Source of the DNA: Octopus sinensis
Taxonomy: Eukaryota
Direction: 5' to 3'
Length of the DNA: 12,074 bases
Assembly: GCF_006345805.1 (NCBI RefSeq)
Contig: NW_021826868.1
Span: forward strand, 1 to 12,074
In this document: positions 1 to 9,188 of the stretch, one piece after another
Numbering within the stretch: the first letter of the stretch is position 1
How the letters are laid out: every line of letters starts with the position of its first letter
Position numbers and translations under genes: made by a program
The notes under the pieces: generated by a model
The model's input: only the letters and a program-made list of their open reading frames with translations
Database searches by the model: none
Told to the model about the DNA's origin: nothing

Positions 1-748
1 CTCTCGAAAAAGGAGCTCATCATGTGCTTTCCGGTGAACTTGCTTGCGTGGCCTTCTCGGGTCTACGGGAGTTAGGATGCTTCCATTGTGTCCTCCGTCT
101 TTTGGCCACTGATCCAGCAGTAGATCCAGCTTTCGTCACAAATTACCAGAGTCTCAAGTACTCTTGGAGTAGAGATAATGAGCTCAGCCATCTCCCCAGT
201 CACCAAACGACACGTTTTTTTTCTTCTGCTCGTCAGTGAGCACCCTCGGAGCAAATGCCACACGAACTCCAAACAGTATTCTTATTGTATTTTAAACATA
301 TTCATCCAGAAAACTGCGAATTTTCTCAACTGGCTCTGATGTTCTGAAGTCCCTTACTTTCTCACACTTCTCGTTACCTCTCATCTCCGCTCTGCCGTCC
401 TTCAACTTCATGCGCAAGTGAAGAACAGTTGCTTAGCCCATACAGGTTAATCCATAATGTCTGGATAATTTCATAAGGTTCTGCTGCATAATTTGTCCAG
501 TTTAGCACAAAACCTTATTACGTAGCGAGTTTCCATACGGTCTTCTCCATACTGCATTCCGAAAACTAATCAGTTGTGACAAGCAGTGTTTAGGAGGGTG
601 AGTTCAAAGTACTGTCAGAGCTGTGTTCTTCAATGTGGAATTTTTAAAAAAAATAGTTTATAGGTCAGCTTATGAGATTTAAAGTAATGCTGTACAGAAA
701 TTACCATAATCAAGTCACAAAACTTCTGGAATGCTCATCATCATCTCA
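1..748 (-). mobile_element. Decayed Tc1/mariner (mariner-like) DNA transposon, 5' part; continues beyond window start
   Basis: Manual minus-strand translation across frameshifts and stops gives: METRYVIRFCAKLDK (ATG at 536), then CMG*ATVLHLRMKLKDGRAEMR...VEKIRSFLDE (HTH-like), GVRVAFAPRVLTDEQK (WVPRxL-type linker), LETLVICDESWIYC (first catalytic Asp, DESW at 126-137), QWKHPNSRRPEK and KFTGKHMMSSFF (cf. KSAGKVMxxVFFD). The coding part (1-536) is well supported. Extension to ~748, where a TA dinucleotide and (TA)n begin, is tentative. Confidence 0.88.
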
Positions 749-798
<50 letters not shown>

Positions 799-806
799 TA
801 TATATG
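749..806. repeat. (TA)n microsatellite
   Basis: Direct reading; lies next to the putative mariner end. Confidence 0.95.
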
Positions 807-1028
807 AGAAAAAGAAAATGGAGATTGCAAAGTTAATAACTGCTTATTATTAACAGCAAATTAGCCATCATCCCTCACAGCTTCTTCAATCAATATTCAG
901 AAAATATTTATTAAATATTAAATTTATTGACCTGAGTATATATATTCAGAGGGAAAAATATATACCCTTGTATGTTTTATATGTATTATAGATTCATTAT
1001 AGCCGACTGAACAAGCTTAAAATTATAT

Positions 1029-1043
1029 GTATATATATATAAA

Positions 1044-1100
<57 letters not shown>
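1029..1100. repeat. (TA)n microsatellite
   Basis: Direct reading; abuts the left arm of the 1100-1400 palindrome. Confidence 0.95.
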
Positions 1101-1107
<7 letters not shown>

Positions 1108-1400
1108 ATTGGTGAATGAAGAAATGGAGCTGAACGCAGATTGAACAGAAATCGTTTTATTTCATTCTACACGTGTTTCGAAAGGCACAAATTACCAAAA
1201 TCCGATTGAATAATGGGACCATATTGTGTCTTTCTCTTCAGGAAGAAAAAAGGAAATTTGAAGAGAAAGACACAATATGGTCCCATTATTCAATCGGATT
1301 TTGGTAATTTGTGCCTTTCGAAACACGGTTAGAATGAAATAAAACGATTTCTGTTCAATCTGCGTTCAGCTCCATTTCTTCAATTCACCAATAATGTTTT
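1100..1400. repeat. Near-perfect long inverted repeat (arms 1100-1240 and 1259-1400, 18-nt spacer)
   Basis: Left arm aaaacattattggtgaa...gtgtctttctcttca is the reverse complement of right arm tgaagagaaagacac...ttcaccaataatgtttt. By eye there are only 2 substitutions (cacgtgtag vs cacggttag) and a 1-nt indel. Confidence 0.97.
1160..1249 (-). ncRNA. Minimal type I hammerhead ribozyme (Penelope/retrozyme type), predicted GUA cleavage between 1168 and 1167
   Basis: Minus strand: CUGAAGA (1241-1235); stem II Gaaag-a-cacaa / uugug-c-cuuuC; GAAA (1179-1176); palindromic stem III ACACGUGU; GUA. Stem I uuuu-c-uuc / gaa-u-gaaa has one mismatch. Matches the CUGANGA...GAAA...UH core. Confidence 0.72.
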
Positions 1401-1548
1401 AATTTCAATTATCCGCACCAACGCACGGTTGCAACGCCAGATGGTTGTACCTCCAACCGTGCTGTTTACTGCTGTGATTTTTGCTACTAAGGTATCGGTT
1501 AAAATTTTGATTAATCTACTACAAGATTATTCATCTTTCTATTTCACA

Positions 1549-1554
<6 letters not shown>

Positions 1555-1580
<26 letters not shown>
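1555..1580. repeat. (TA)n microsatellite
   Basis: Direct reading. Confidence 0.9.
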
Positions 1581-1767
1581 ACACGTGACCCGTTGACGAT
1601 TTATTCTTCTACTTCTTGGACTTTTCCCTTTCTCCATTCCGGACGAAGAGCTATGCTCGAAAAGTTAAGCTCTCTCCTTTCACCGAACGTCAAGCTTCTT
1701 GTGCACATTCTTTGTTGTTTTCCGTTTTTTAACCATTATTTGAGCTGGTTGTTATTGAATTGACTAT

Positions 1768-1816
1768 ACATCATACATACATACAATACACTACATACAA
1801 CATACATACATACCAT

Positions 1817-1850
<34 letters not shown>
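1768..1850. repeat. Compound (CATA)n/(CA)n microsatellite
   Basis: Direct reading. Confidence 0.9.
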
Positions 1851-1852
<2 letters not shown>

Positions 1853-2404
1853 CATGGAGGGTGTGTCTGCATGACTTTTGCCCGTTAAAAAAACTTCCTG
1901 GTTGCGTCGCACATAAATTTAATTCACTTTCCACGAGTTTGGCACAGCTAGATAAATATTATATACAACAATTGTCGCGGGAAATAGACTGGTTTGATAT
2001 CTAGTGATAGTTTTTGGCTGAATATAAAGCATTCACAAGCTGAAATAAATTGAACTCAACGCAGTGAAAAGGAAAAGTCTAACGTTTTGATTTAAAATCT
2101 TTCGTCGAAGATTTTTCTCACCGTCATGCATTTGAAGCACGTATGTATAATGTTGTCTAATACACACTCACACGAACAAAATCACACTCATTCATGTGTA
2201 CGTATGTAAATGCATATATGCACACGTATTATACAAATAAACACAGACACACACACATAGATGTGTGTCTGTGGATATGCATATATACAAATATAGGAAT
2301 ATATATATGTTAATATATATAGAATTTAGAGACAAACCGCTATTTAGTTATTCAATCAATACTGAGAGGATATTTTACTTAATGCCACATAGAAATTAAC
2401 TCAA

Positions 2405-2423
2405 ATAATATAATTAATATATA

Positions 2424-2460
<37 letters not shown>
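2405..2460. repeat. Interrupted (TA)n microsatellite
   Basis: Direct reading. Confidence 0.9.
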
Positions 2461-2463
<3 letters not shown>

Positions 2464-2569
2464 GAATTTTTGATTAGTGTGCTAAATTGAATTTTTTCCT
2501 TGTTGGCTTGGAATTTTTATTTTCCCTAACTATTAATAATATATGTTAATATATATATATATATATATA

Positions 2570-2759
2570 CAAGCAAAACGCCCCCCGTCCAATGGACGAT
2601 GCTGAGTTGTCAAACATTTAAGCCAAATTTTTTCAAAACTTATACACGCCCTAATACCGTCGGTATCTACATATCAAATTTGAGCGCAATCGGATGGAGG
2701 ATGCCGAGATCCTAGAAGACACACAAACACACAGACAGAAACGGATATTATATAATAGA
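2570..2759 (-). mobile_element. Non-autonomous mini-Helitron (190 bp)
   Basis: On the minus strand it starts A|TCTATTATATAA (5' TC) and has an internal (TG/TC)-type microsatellite. A short GC-rich hairpin CGTCC-ATT-GGACG (2586-2598) lies ~12 nt before the 3' end CTTG|T (CTAG-like, one deviation). Inserted between A and T with no target-site duplication, inside TA-rich sequence. Confidence 0.68.
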
Positions 2760-2766
2760 TGTATAT

Positions 2767-2800
<34 letters not shown>

Positions 2801-2895
2801 ATCTATATATATATATCTATATATATATATATATATGCATATATGTATAAAGTATCTATATATATATGTATGTATATAAATATATTTATATATTA

Positions 2896-2937
<42 letters not shown>

Positions 2938-3003
2938 ATATATGTATATGCATATATATATATGTATGTATATATATATACGTATATATATATATGTATG
3001 TAT

Positions 3004-3004
<1 letters not shown>
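2760..3004. repeat. Compound (TA)n/(TG)n/(TATG)n microsatellite
   Basis: Direct reading. Confidence 0.9.

Positions 3005-3094
<90 letters not shown>
3005..3094. repeat. (GATA)n tetranucleotide microsatellite (~22 units)
   Basis: Direct reading. Confidence 0.97.
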
Positions 3095-3182
3095 TAAAAT
3101 ATAAAATATAAAGTTATATCTTGAGTGACAGCAACGCTCAAAATATACAACGGACTGGAAATAGAAGTGCTCTAATGAGCTG

Positions 3183-3858
3183 TATACACCTTTTTTTATC
3201 CGAGGGGTGGCAATGCGAGCAACAACTAAAGGAACATTACAAAATCCACAGAAAGATCAAATATATTCATATATTCATTCATATCTATAAAGCCCGACGT
3301 TCAAAATTTTTAAAATTTAGTAATATATAAATATATCATATAAAAATATAAATTTTGCATATAACACCTTGAATTTACGCTTAAAACATTAAGTATAAAT
3401 TTGTTACAATAAAAGAAATAAAAATAATAAATAATAAATAAAGCGTACAATGACATAATAAAAGACGAATTAAAATTCTAGAGAAATGTACATAGAAGAC
3501 AATAATTATGCAAGTTTTCAAAAATACAAGTTTACAAAGATACATAGAAGTCCATCTACGGGCTGTTTCGGAAACGCGCCAATTAATATGAGACGTGTCA
3601 TATATTTCAAATTGACACTCCCCTCGTCAGGATGTCTTATACGCACAACACATAGTATACGGGAACAAATGCACAATTACATACCGGTTATATTCAAAAA
3701 CGAGACATTGCGTACTCCCAGAAATTCTTATCCTATTTTAAAGGTCGGGCTTTATAGATATGAAGGAATATATGAATATCTGTATGTGTTTGATCTTTCT
3801 GTGGATTTTGTAACGTTCCTTTAGTTGTTGCTCGCATGTCTCCCTCGGATAAAAAAAG

Positions 3859-3865
<7 letters not shown>
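3183..3865. repeat. Inverted repeat pair (arms 3183-3307 and 3735-3865) with ~430-bp spacer; probable Penelope-like element remnant
   Basis: Left arm tatacacctttttttatccgaggg...tcatatctataaagcccgacgttcaaaat matches the reverse complement of attttaaaggtcgggctttataga...ccctcggataaaaaaaggtgtata, with a few substitutions and small indels. The spacer holds a hammerhead core. The right arm abuts (TA)n. Confidence 0.9.
3553..3634 (-). ncRNA. Type I hammerhead ribozyme-like motif, predicted GUA cleavage between 3557 and 3556
   Basis: Minus strand: cauc-CUGACGA (3630-3624); stem II GGGGA / UUUCC, with an inner gugUCA/UGAcac helix; GAAA (3569-3566); C-agccc-GUA; then gaug. Stem I is cauc/gaug. Stem III appears mutated from an ACAGCUGU-type palindrome. 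Confidence 0.58.
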
Positions 3866-3897
<32 letters not shown>

Positions 3898-3930
3898 TAT
3901 TATATATATTATATATATATATCTATATAC
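3862..3930. repeat. Interrupted (TA)n microsatellite
   Basis: Direct reading. Confidence 0.92.
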
Positions 3931-4149
3931 AATATACAAGATAAGAAAATGAGAAATACATCTAAATCAAATATCAATACCAGATAATCTCAATCACATA
4001 CTTTATTAACCACCACATAAGAGACGGTAGGTTAAATATAAAAAGCAGAACAAATCAGTGTACAAAAGGAATGTACATAAAAAAGTGTACATAAAAGAGT
4101 AATGTTGTATAATCAGTAGGATATATATAAAAGAGAACATAAATATAAG

Positions 4150-4416
<267 letters not shown>

Positions 4417-4422
4417 ATGTGT

Positions 4423-4802
4423 GGAGGCGCAATGGCCCAGTGGTTAGGGCAGCGGAATCGCGGTGTTGGATCGCGGTTTCGATTACCAGACCGGGCGTTG
4501 TGAGTGTTTATTAAGCGAAAACACCTAAAAGCTCCACGAGGCTCCGGCAGGGGATGGTGGTGATCCCTGCTGTACTCTTTCACCACAACTTTCTCTCACT
4601 CTTACTTCCTGTTTCTGTTGTACCTGTATTTCAAAGGGCCGGCCTTGTCACTCTCTGTGTCACGCTGAATATCACCGAGAACTACGTTAAAGGTACACGT
4701 GTCTGTGGAGTGCTCAGCCACTTACACGTTAATTTCACGAGCAGGCTGTTCCGTTGATCGGATCAACCGGAACCCTCGTCGTCGTAACCGACGGAGTGCT
4801 TC
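4423..4802 (+). mobile_element. tRNA-derived SINE, apparently full length (family A)
   Basis: tRNA-like head with A box TGGCCCAGTGG (4433-4443) and B box GGTTTCGATTACC (4475-4487), followed by ~300 bp of non-tRNA body. The head resembles those at 7766 (-) and 11791 (+). Recalled as similar to octopus tRNA-derived SINEs (OR-type); not verified. Confidence 0.85.
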
Positions 4803-4930
4803 CCCCCCCCCAATGTATGTATGTATATGTGTGTGTATTCTAAGCGCATATATGTATATATACACTCGAAATGTCTGTAATTGTCAATGTATTTGAATAC
4901 TTTTATAAGTTTGTTGTTGTCAAGTCCACA

Positions 4931-4964
4931 AATGAATGAATGAATTAATTAATTAATTAATTAA
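4931..4964. repeat. (AATG)n/(AATT)n compound repeat
   Basis: Direct reading. Confidence 0.85.
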
Positions 4965-5316
4965 AGCCACTTAATTCGCTGACGAGTGTAATGACGCCTC
5001 GGTCTCGCGTATGCAATATAAGGAGTTGTAACAGTTCGACCCACTGCTAGTTTTCATACAAAGAATACTCAAAAATTCTCTCGTATATGACTTAAAAATC
5101 CCAAAACATGACCATCGGGCGTTGCTGTGTGGTAACAAATTCGCTTTCTAGCCACGCCTTTCTGGATTCAGTCCTACTGCTGGACATTTTGGGCAAACAA
5201 TTTTTATTATAGCCCCAGGCGAGCAAATTCTTGTGAGCGGATTTGATAGATGAAGACTGAAAGAAATTCATCATATGTGTGTGTTGCGTGTATGAGCGCA
5301 CACATCCTTTATATAT

Positions 5317-5545
5317 ATTTCTTTACTACCCACAAGGGGCTAAACACAGAGAGGACAAACAAGGACAGACAAAGGGATTAAGTCGATTACATCGACCCTA
5401 GTGCGCAACTGGTACTTAATTTATCGACCCCGAAAGGATGAAAGGCAAAGTCGACCTCGGCAGAATTGAACTCAGAACGTAACGGTAGACGAAATACGGC
5501 CACGCATTTCGCCCGGCGTGCTAACGTTTCTGCCAGCTCACCGCC
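5317..5545 (-). mobile_element. Low-divergence, full-length SINE (family C)
   Basis: The reverse complement reads ggcggtgagctggcagaaacgttagcacgccgggcgaaatg...ctgagttcaattctgccgaggtcgactttgcctttcatcctttcggggtcgataaattaagtaccag...ggtcgatgtaatcgactt..., ending ccccttgtgggtagtaaagaaat. The same head and body recur at least 5 times in 9193-11461. Confidence 0.9.
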
Positions 5546-5560
5546 TTAATATATCCTTTG

Positions 5561-5561
<1 letters not shown>

Positions 5562-5623
<62 letters not shown>

Positions 5624-5640
5624 TGTATGTGTGTGTGTGT
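5562..5640. repeat. (TG)n microsatellite
   Basis: Direct reading. Confidence 0.97.
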
Positions 5641-5724
5641 ATGAGCGCGCGCGCGCTTGTTAACTTGTGTTGGTTGGGTTTGTATCCCCATACATTAGCG
5701 GTTCGACAAAGAGCCCGATAGTAT

Positions 5725-7555
5725 GTCTGTACTTGAATGTGAGTTTGCCGTTCCTTTTGGTTCAAAGTATCTTTGTTGCAGCATATTTGCGCACGGAGAC
5801 TGATGACTGAGGGTTTGGAATTTTCCTGCATTAAATTGCTTGTTTTTTCTCTTCTTTTTTTCAGCCCATTTATATAAAGCATCTTGCTTCAAAAAGATTC
5901 TTGATTGCTTGTCCTAATTTTTTGTCGTCGGCATACCCAGTAAGTATGGCTATGTGTAGCATGTCCGAAAGTGCTACCATAAACAGCAGCGGCCGCAAGA
6001 CCGTTCCCTGAGGCACTCCACTCGTCGTTACTGTCTCCATGGAAAAGGTTCCATTGGCTTCTGTCTCTGAAGAAGCCGTGTAACCAGTCTTCCAGTTTTC
6101 CGCCTATGCCGAGTCTCCGTAGTTTGCAACATATCATCCCGCAGTCAACCTTATCAAAGGCCTTTGCCAAATAACATCCACATTTGAGTTATTCATTAGT
6201 TTTTACGACAGCCTGTCGTAACGCTGCAGATGTTATGTAAAGCAACTTCTTCCGGAGCGGAAGCCATGCCAGGTTCCAGGAGACAAGTCGTTATTTAATA
6301 AGAACATGACCAGATGTCTCCTGACAATACGTTCCATGACTTTGCTGATATGTCAGATTAGAGAGACAGGCCTGTAATTTTTAGCCTCCGACCTACTACC
6401 TCCATTATGATTAGGACATATTGTGCCTTCCTTTAACTCTCTGAAAAGTCTCCCAATTGCAAGGAAACTTTGAAAGAGGATCTGCAGTGTTCTTGCCATA
6501 ACCCCTTTGCATTTCTTTGGAAGATTTCTGGGAATACATCATGCTCATTTCATCAATGGCTGATATTTCATCTGTTTCCTCTATTTCAATGTAATCAATA
6601 ACAGCTATCACTTTGTGTAGAGCCCTTGTGTCGAAGAACTTCTCCGGCATAGCTATTTGCAAGTGTCTTAGAGCGTTTTTATAGGCAGCTAAAAGCCGCG
6701 ATTTGTGCTGCTGAACCCCACCGTAGGTCGCAATTCCTTCCTATTGTTCTACTGGGCTGTCCTTCAGCCATCAAAGCATATTTGGGATACTCTTCTGCTG
6801 AACTCTTATATGGTACCACTTTGGCACAACCTGGCCAAATGTTAGCACATTTTGTTTTGCACATTCAGTGTTTCAATTATCCTCTGGAGGTTTGCAATCA
6901 CCGCGCCATTAACAGTGGCCCTATCTTGTACCGTACTGAAGCAGACTCTTTTGCAATTCTATAGAAGGTTTTACGTTTAGCCTTTACATTTTTGATAGCT
7001 CTGGCTTCTTTCTCTGCTCTCTCCTCTTCATGGGGGTGTTTCAGTTCATTCCCATTCTCAAGTGATGTTTGTTTGTTTGAGATAGGATTCTTCACTGTTC
7101 TTTACTGGTTCATTTAGACGGTTTGAGATATTTTTGCTGGTCGTCTCATTAGAATCTTCTACTCCCTGAGAATTATACTTTTCTGTCGATTTAACATTCT
7201 CTCTCGAGCAAACTTACTGTATTTGTCACGCATGATGCTCATAAAGTGTTGTACCTTTATGTCAATATCTTACGTAAAGATATTGGTTGACCAGTTTTGT
7301 TTCATGGCCTTTTTCTCAATACCCTTCCAACCAGCTTTATGAATGTTCAGGATGGAAAGGAGTTGGATGCTTCTATTAGTCTGCATGTCTGCAGTTTTCT
7401 GCTGACCATATCTTGTTAGTTTTATTAAATTATAGTCCGAGAAAAATGGTTGGTGTCACCTTAACATTATGAACGAGCGTCGTGTTATTTCGGAATCAGA
7501 GGTACAGAACATTTCTACTCCTTGTTGGGTGGAGAACCAGTTGCTCCATGAAGAG
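5725..7555 (-). mobile_element. Decayed non-LTR retrotransposon ORF2 (CR1-like clade): end of APE endonuclease plus reverse transcriptase
   Basis: Minus-strand motifs, in the expected order, with frameshifts and stops: LHPTRSRNVLYL (~7500-7540); VHNVKVTPTI(F)SDYNLI (endonuclease SDH-like, ~7425-7475); EARAIKNVK...FYRIAK...KIGPL; NYRPVSL (6359-6379); HGFRSGRSC (6242-6268); AKAFDKVD; SGVPQGTVLRPLLF (GVPQG 6005-6019); YADD (5924-5935); LYKWAE...QFNAGKFQTL. Confidence 0.93.
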
Positions 7556-7766
7556 CGTGCTGTACATTAGCTCAATTTCTTCATCAAATCGACTTTGCCT
7601 GTACAGGTGTCACGGTGTGCCACACGTCAGATGTCGAAGAGATCGCAGAGTAACGTGAGGTGAAGTGCTTTTCTCGAGAACACAACGCATAACCCGGTCT
7701 TGGAATCGAAACCCCGATCTCACGATCATGACTGCAACACGCTAAACACAAAGCCACGCGCCTTCG
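7556..7766 (-). mobile_element. tRNA-derived SINE (family D), 3'-truncated, adjoining the LINE fragment
   Basis: The reverse complement gaaggcgcgtggctttgtgtttag...gggtttcgattcc (A/B boxes)...ctctgcgatctcttcgacatctgacg...acacctgtacaggcaaagtcgatttgatg... aligns with the + copy at 11791-12074. Confidence 0.82.
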
Positions 7767-8041
7767 CATATTAACAACGTTATAAGCACCGACGTTATTG
7801 TTCACAATTTATATTGTGTAACTAAAATGAGTTTTGACATTCTTCTGAAAAGAGGTCATTAGGAAGAGTTCTCTCCCTTAGCTATGCGGGAAATGGAGAT
7901 TGATTTTAGGAATTTATGACGCCATTTTGGTACCTGTTTAAGTCCCTTTCACTCCACTTCATTGGTTTTTGTTTGTTTGTTTTTGTTCTGGAAAAGGCTG
8001 GTGGTGCTGGTGGTGCTGGTGGTGGTCTGTCTGGAGCTGGG

Positions 8042-8233
8042 TATATTATCCGAAGTATACAGTATCATACATCCCTCACAGCCGATCTTACCAACTGGTT
8101 TCGCTCTAGGGGTACAACGGAGTGTTATAGGGTTATATAATTGGATTGTTACCTAACACTCCGTTGTACCCTCAGCGCGCGAACCTGATTAGTAAGTCCG
8201 CCCGTGGTGGATATATAATGCTGTACACTTCGG

Positions 8234-8241
<8 letters not shown>
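8042..8241. repeat. ~200-bp fold-back element (MITE-like or Penelope-derived palindrome) with TA at both ends
   Basis: Perfect 15-bp ends TATATTATCCGAAGT (8042-8056) / ACTTCGGATAATATA (8227-8241). Perfect inner 18-bp stem GGGTACAACGGAGTGTTA (8110-8127) / TAACACTCCGTTGTACCC (8154-8171). 26-nt loop. The arms between are imperfectly complementary. Confidence 0.9.
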
Positions 8242-8288
<47 letters not shown>

Positions 8289-8305
8289 ATATAATATATA
8301 TATAT
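8242..8305. repeat. Interrupted (TA)n microsatellite
   Basis: Direct reading. Confidence 0.93.
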
Positions 8306-8569
8306 CTTTGTCTCATTTTTATTTCTCTCTTCCTTAACTCTCTCCCTCCCGTACTTTCTTACTTTATATCGTGTGTGTATAACTATATTTGTTTGTATAT
8401 TTGTGTATATCTATCTATAAGTATATGTGTGTATTTGTGTGTATGTGTGTGTTCACGTGACTGTGTTTATGTATACGTATATGTTTATATGTATATATCT
8501 ATATATGTAATCGTCACTCTCTGACAGAAGCCATATTCCTTCCTCTCCCGCCATTCCATCAATATTGGC

Positions 8570-8905
8570 TACTTCACTGTCTATTTACACCAATAAACAC
8601 TACATCAGCACTAAACGAACACTACACCACTGTTACCATCACAACAACAACAACAACAACAACACTGTCGCAACAACCACTGACACAAGCACCGCTGCCA
8701 TCGCCACCACCTCCACCACCACCGACATATCATACCACCTCGCCACTACGTCGACACCTTGGCACCACTAACAACCAGCACAACCAACACCGCCACACTA
8801 GCAACCAGCACCACCGCCAACACCAACACGCTACATCCACACACTACCACCGACACATCTCCACCACCATTACACCACACCGCCACGCCATCACCAATCC
8901 ACTAA
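8570..8905. repeat. Degenerate (CAC/CAA)n low-complexity tract including pure (ACA)n at 8641-8664
   Basis: Direct reading. Confidence 0.85.
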
Positions 8906-9001
8906 TGAACCGAAAACTATAGCAGGAATATATATTTCTGCAGATCGATAATAGCTCAAAAGTGCTTCATGACATTTTTAGGAAAGATTTTTGCAGGATT
9001 C

Positions 9002-9143
9002 TTGTTGTTGTTGTTGTTTTCGTCATCATCGCCGCCATCGCCATTGTTGTTGTTGTCGCTGCTGCTTTGTGATTATTATTATTATTGTTATTGTTATTAT
9101 TATTATTATTATTATCATTATTATTATCATTATTATTATTATT

Positions 9144-9188
<45 letters not shown>

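Larger units (their letters stand above)
5117..5721 (+). mobile_element. Degenerate SINE (family B, same as 9419-9843) interrupted by a family C SINE
   Basis: 5117-5275 aligns by eye with the head and core of the 9419 copy (gctgtgtggtaa...ttgggcaa...tatagcccc...cttgtgag.ggatttg.taga.g.a.actgaaagaa). After the insert and (TG)n, 5675-5721 (ggtttgtatcccca...ttagcggttcgacaaagagcccgatag) matches the tail module of the 9419 copy. Confidence 0.75.

Noticed and set aside
591-614. TAGGAGGGTGAGTTCAAAGT as a mariner terminal inverted repeat
   Set aside because: Wrong orientation for the minus-strand transposase's 5' end and no partner found in the window; may just be 5' UTR.
1224-1241. Splice acceptor-like ttgtgtctttctcttcag
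   Set aside because: Fully explained as the reverse complement of the hammerhead core and stem II; no downstream open exon with a donor.
3486-3824. 112-aa ORF as a protein gene or GIY-YIG remnant
   Set aside because: No recognisable motif, non-ATG-dependent call, AT-rich, and it overlaps the inverted repeat and the antisense ribozyme.
4423-4495. tRNA genes (also at 9419, 7766, 11791)
   Set aside because: A and B boxes are present but cloverleaves are incomplete and run into repeat bodies, so these are SINE heads.
4979-5011. CTGACGAG...CTCG...CGCGTA as another hammerhead
   Set aside because: No GAAA after the stem and no convincing stem I; at most a badly decayed relic.
7995-8040. Gly/Ala-rich coding exon (AGGAGGAGGGLSGAG)
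   Set aside because: Short (GGT/GCT)n repeat with weak splice signals and no flanking coding context.
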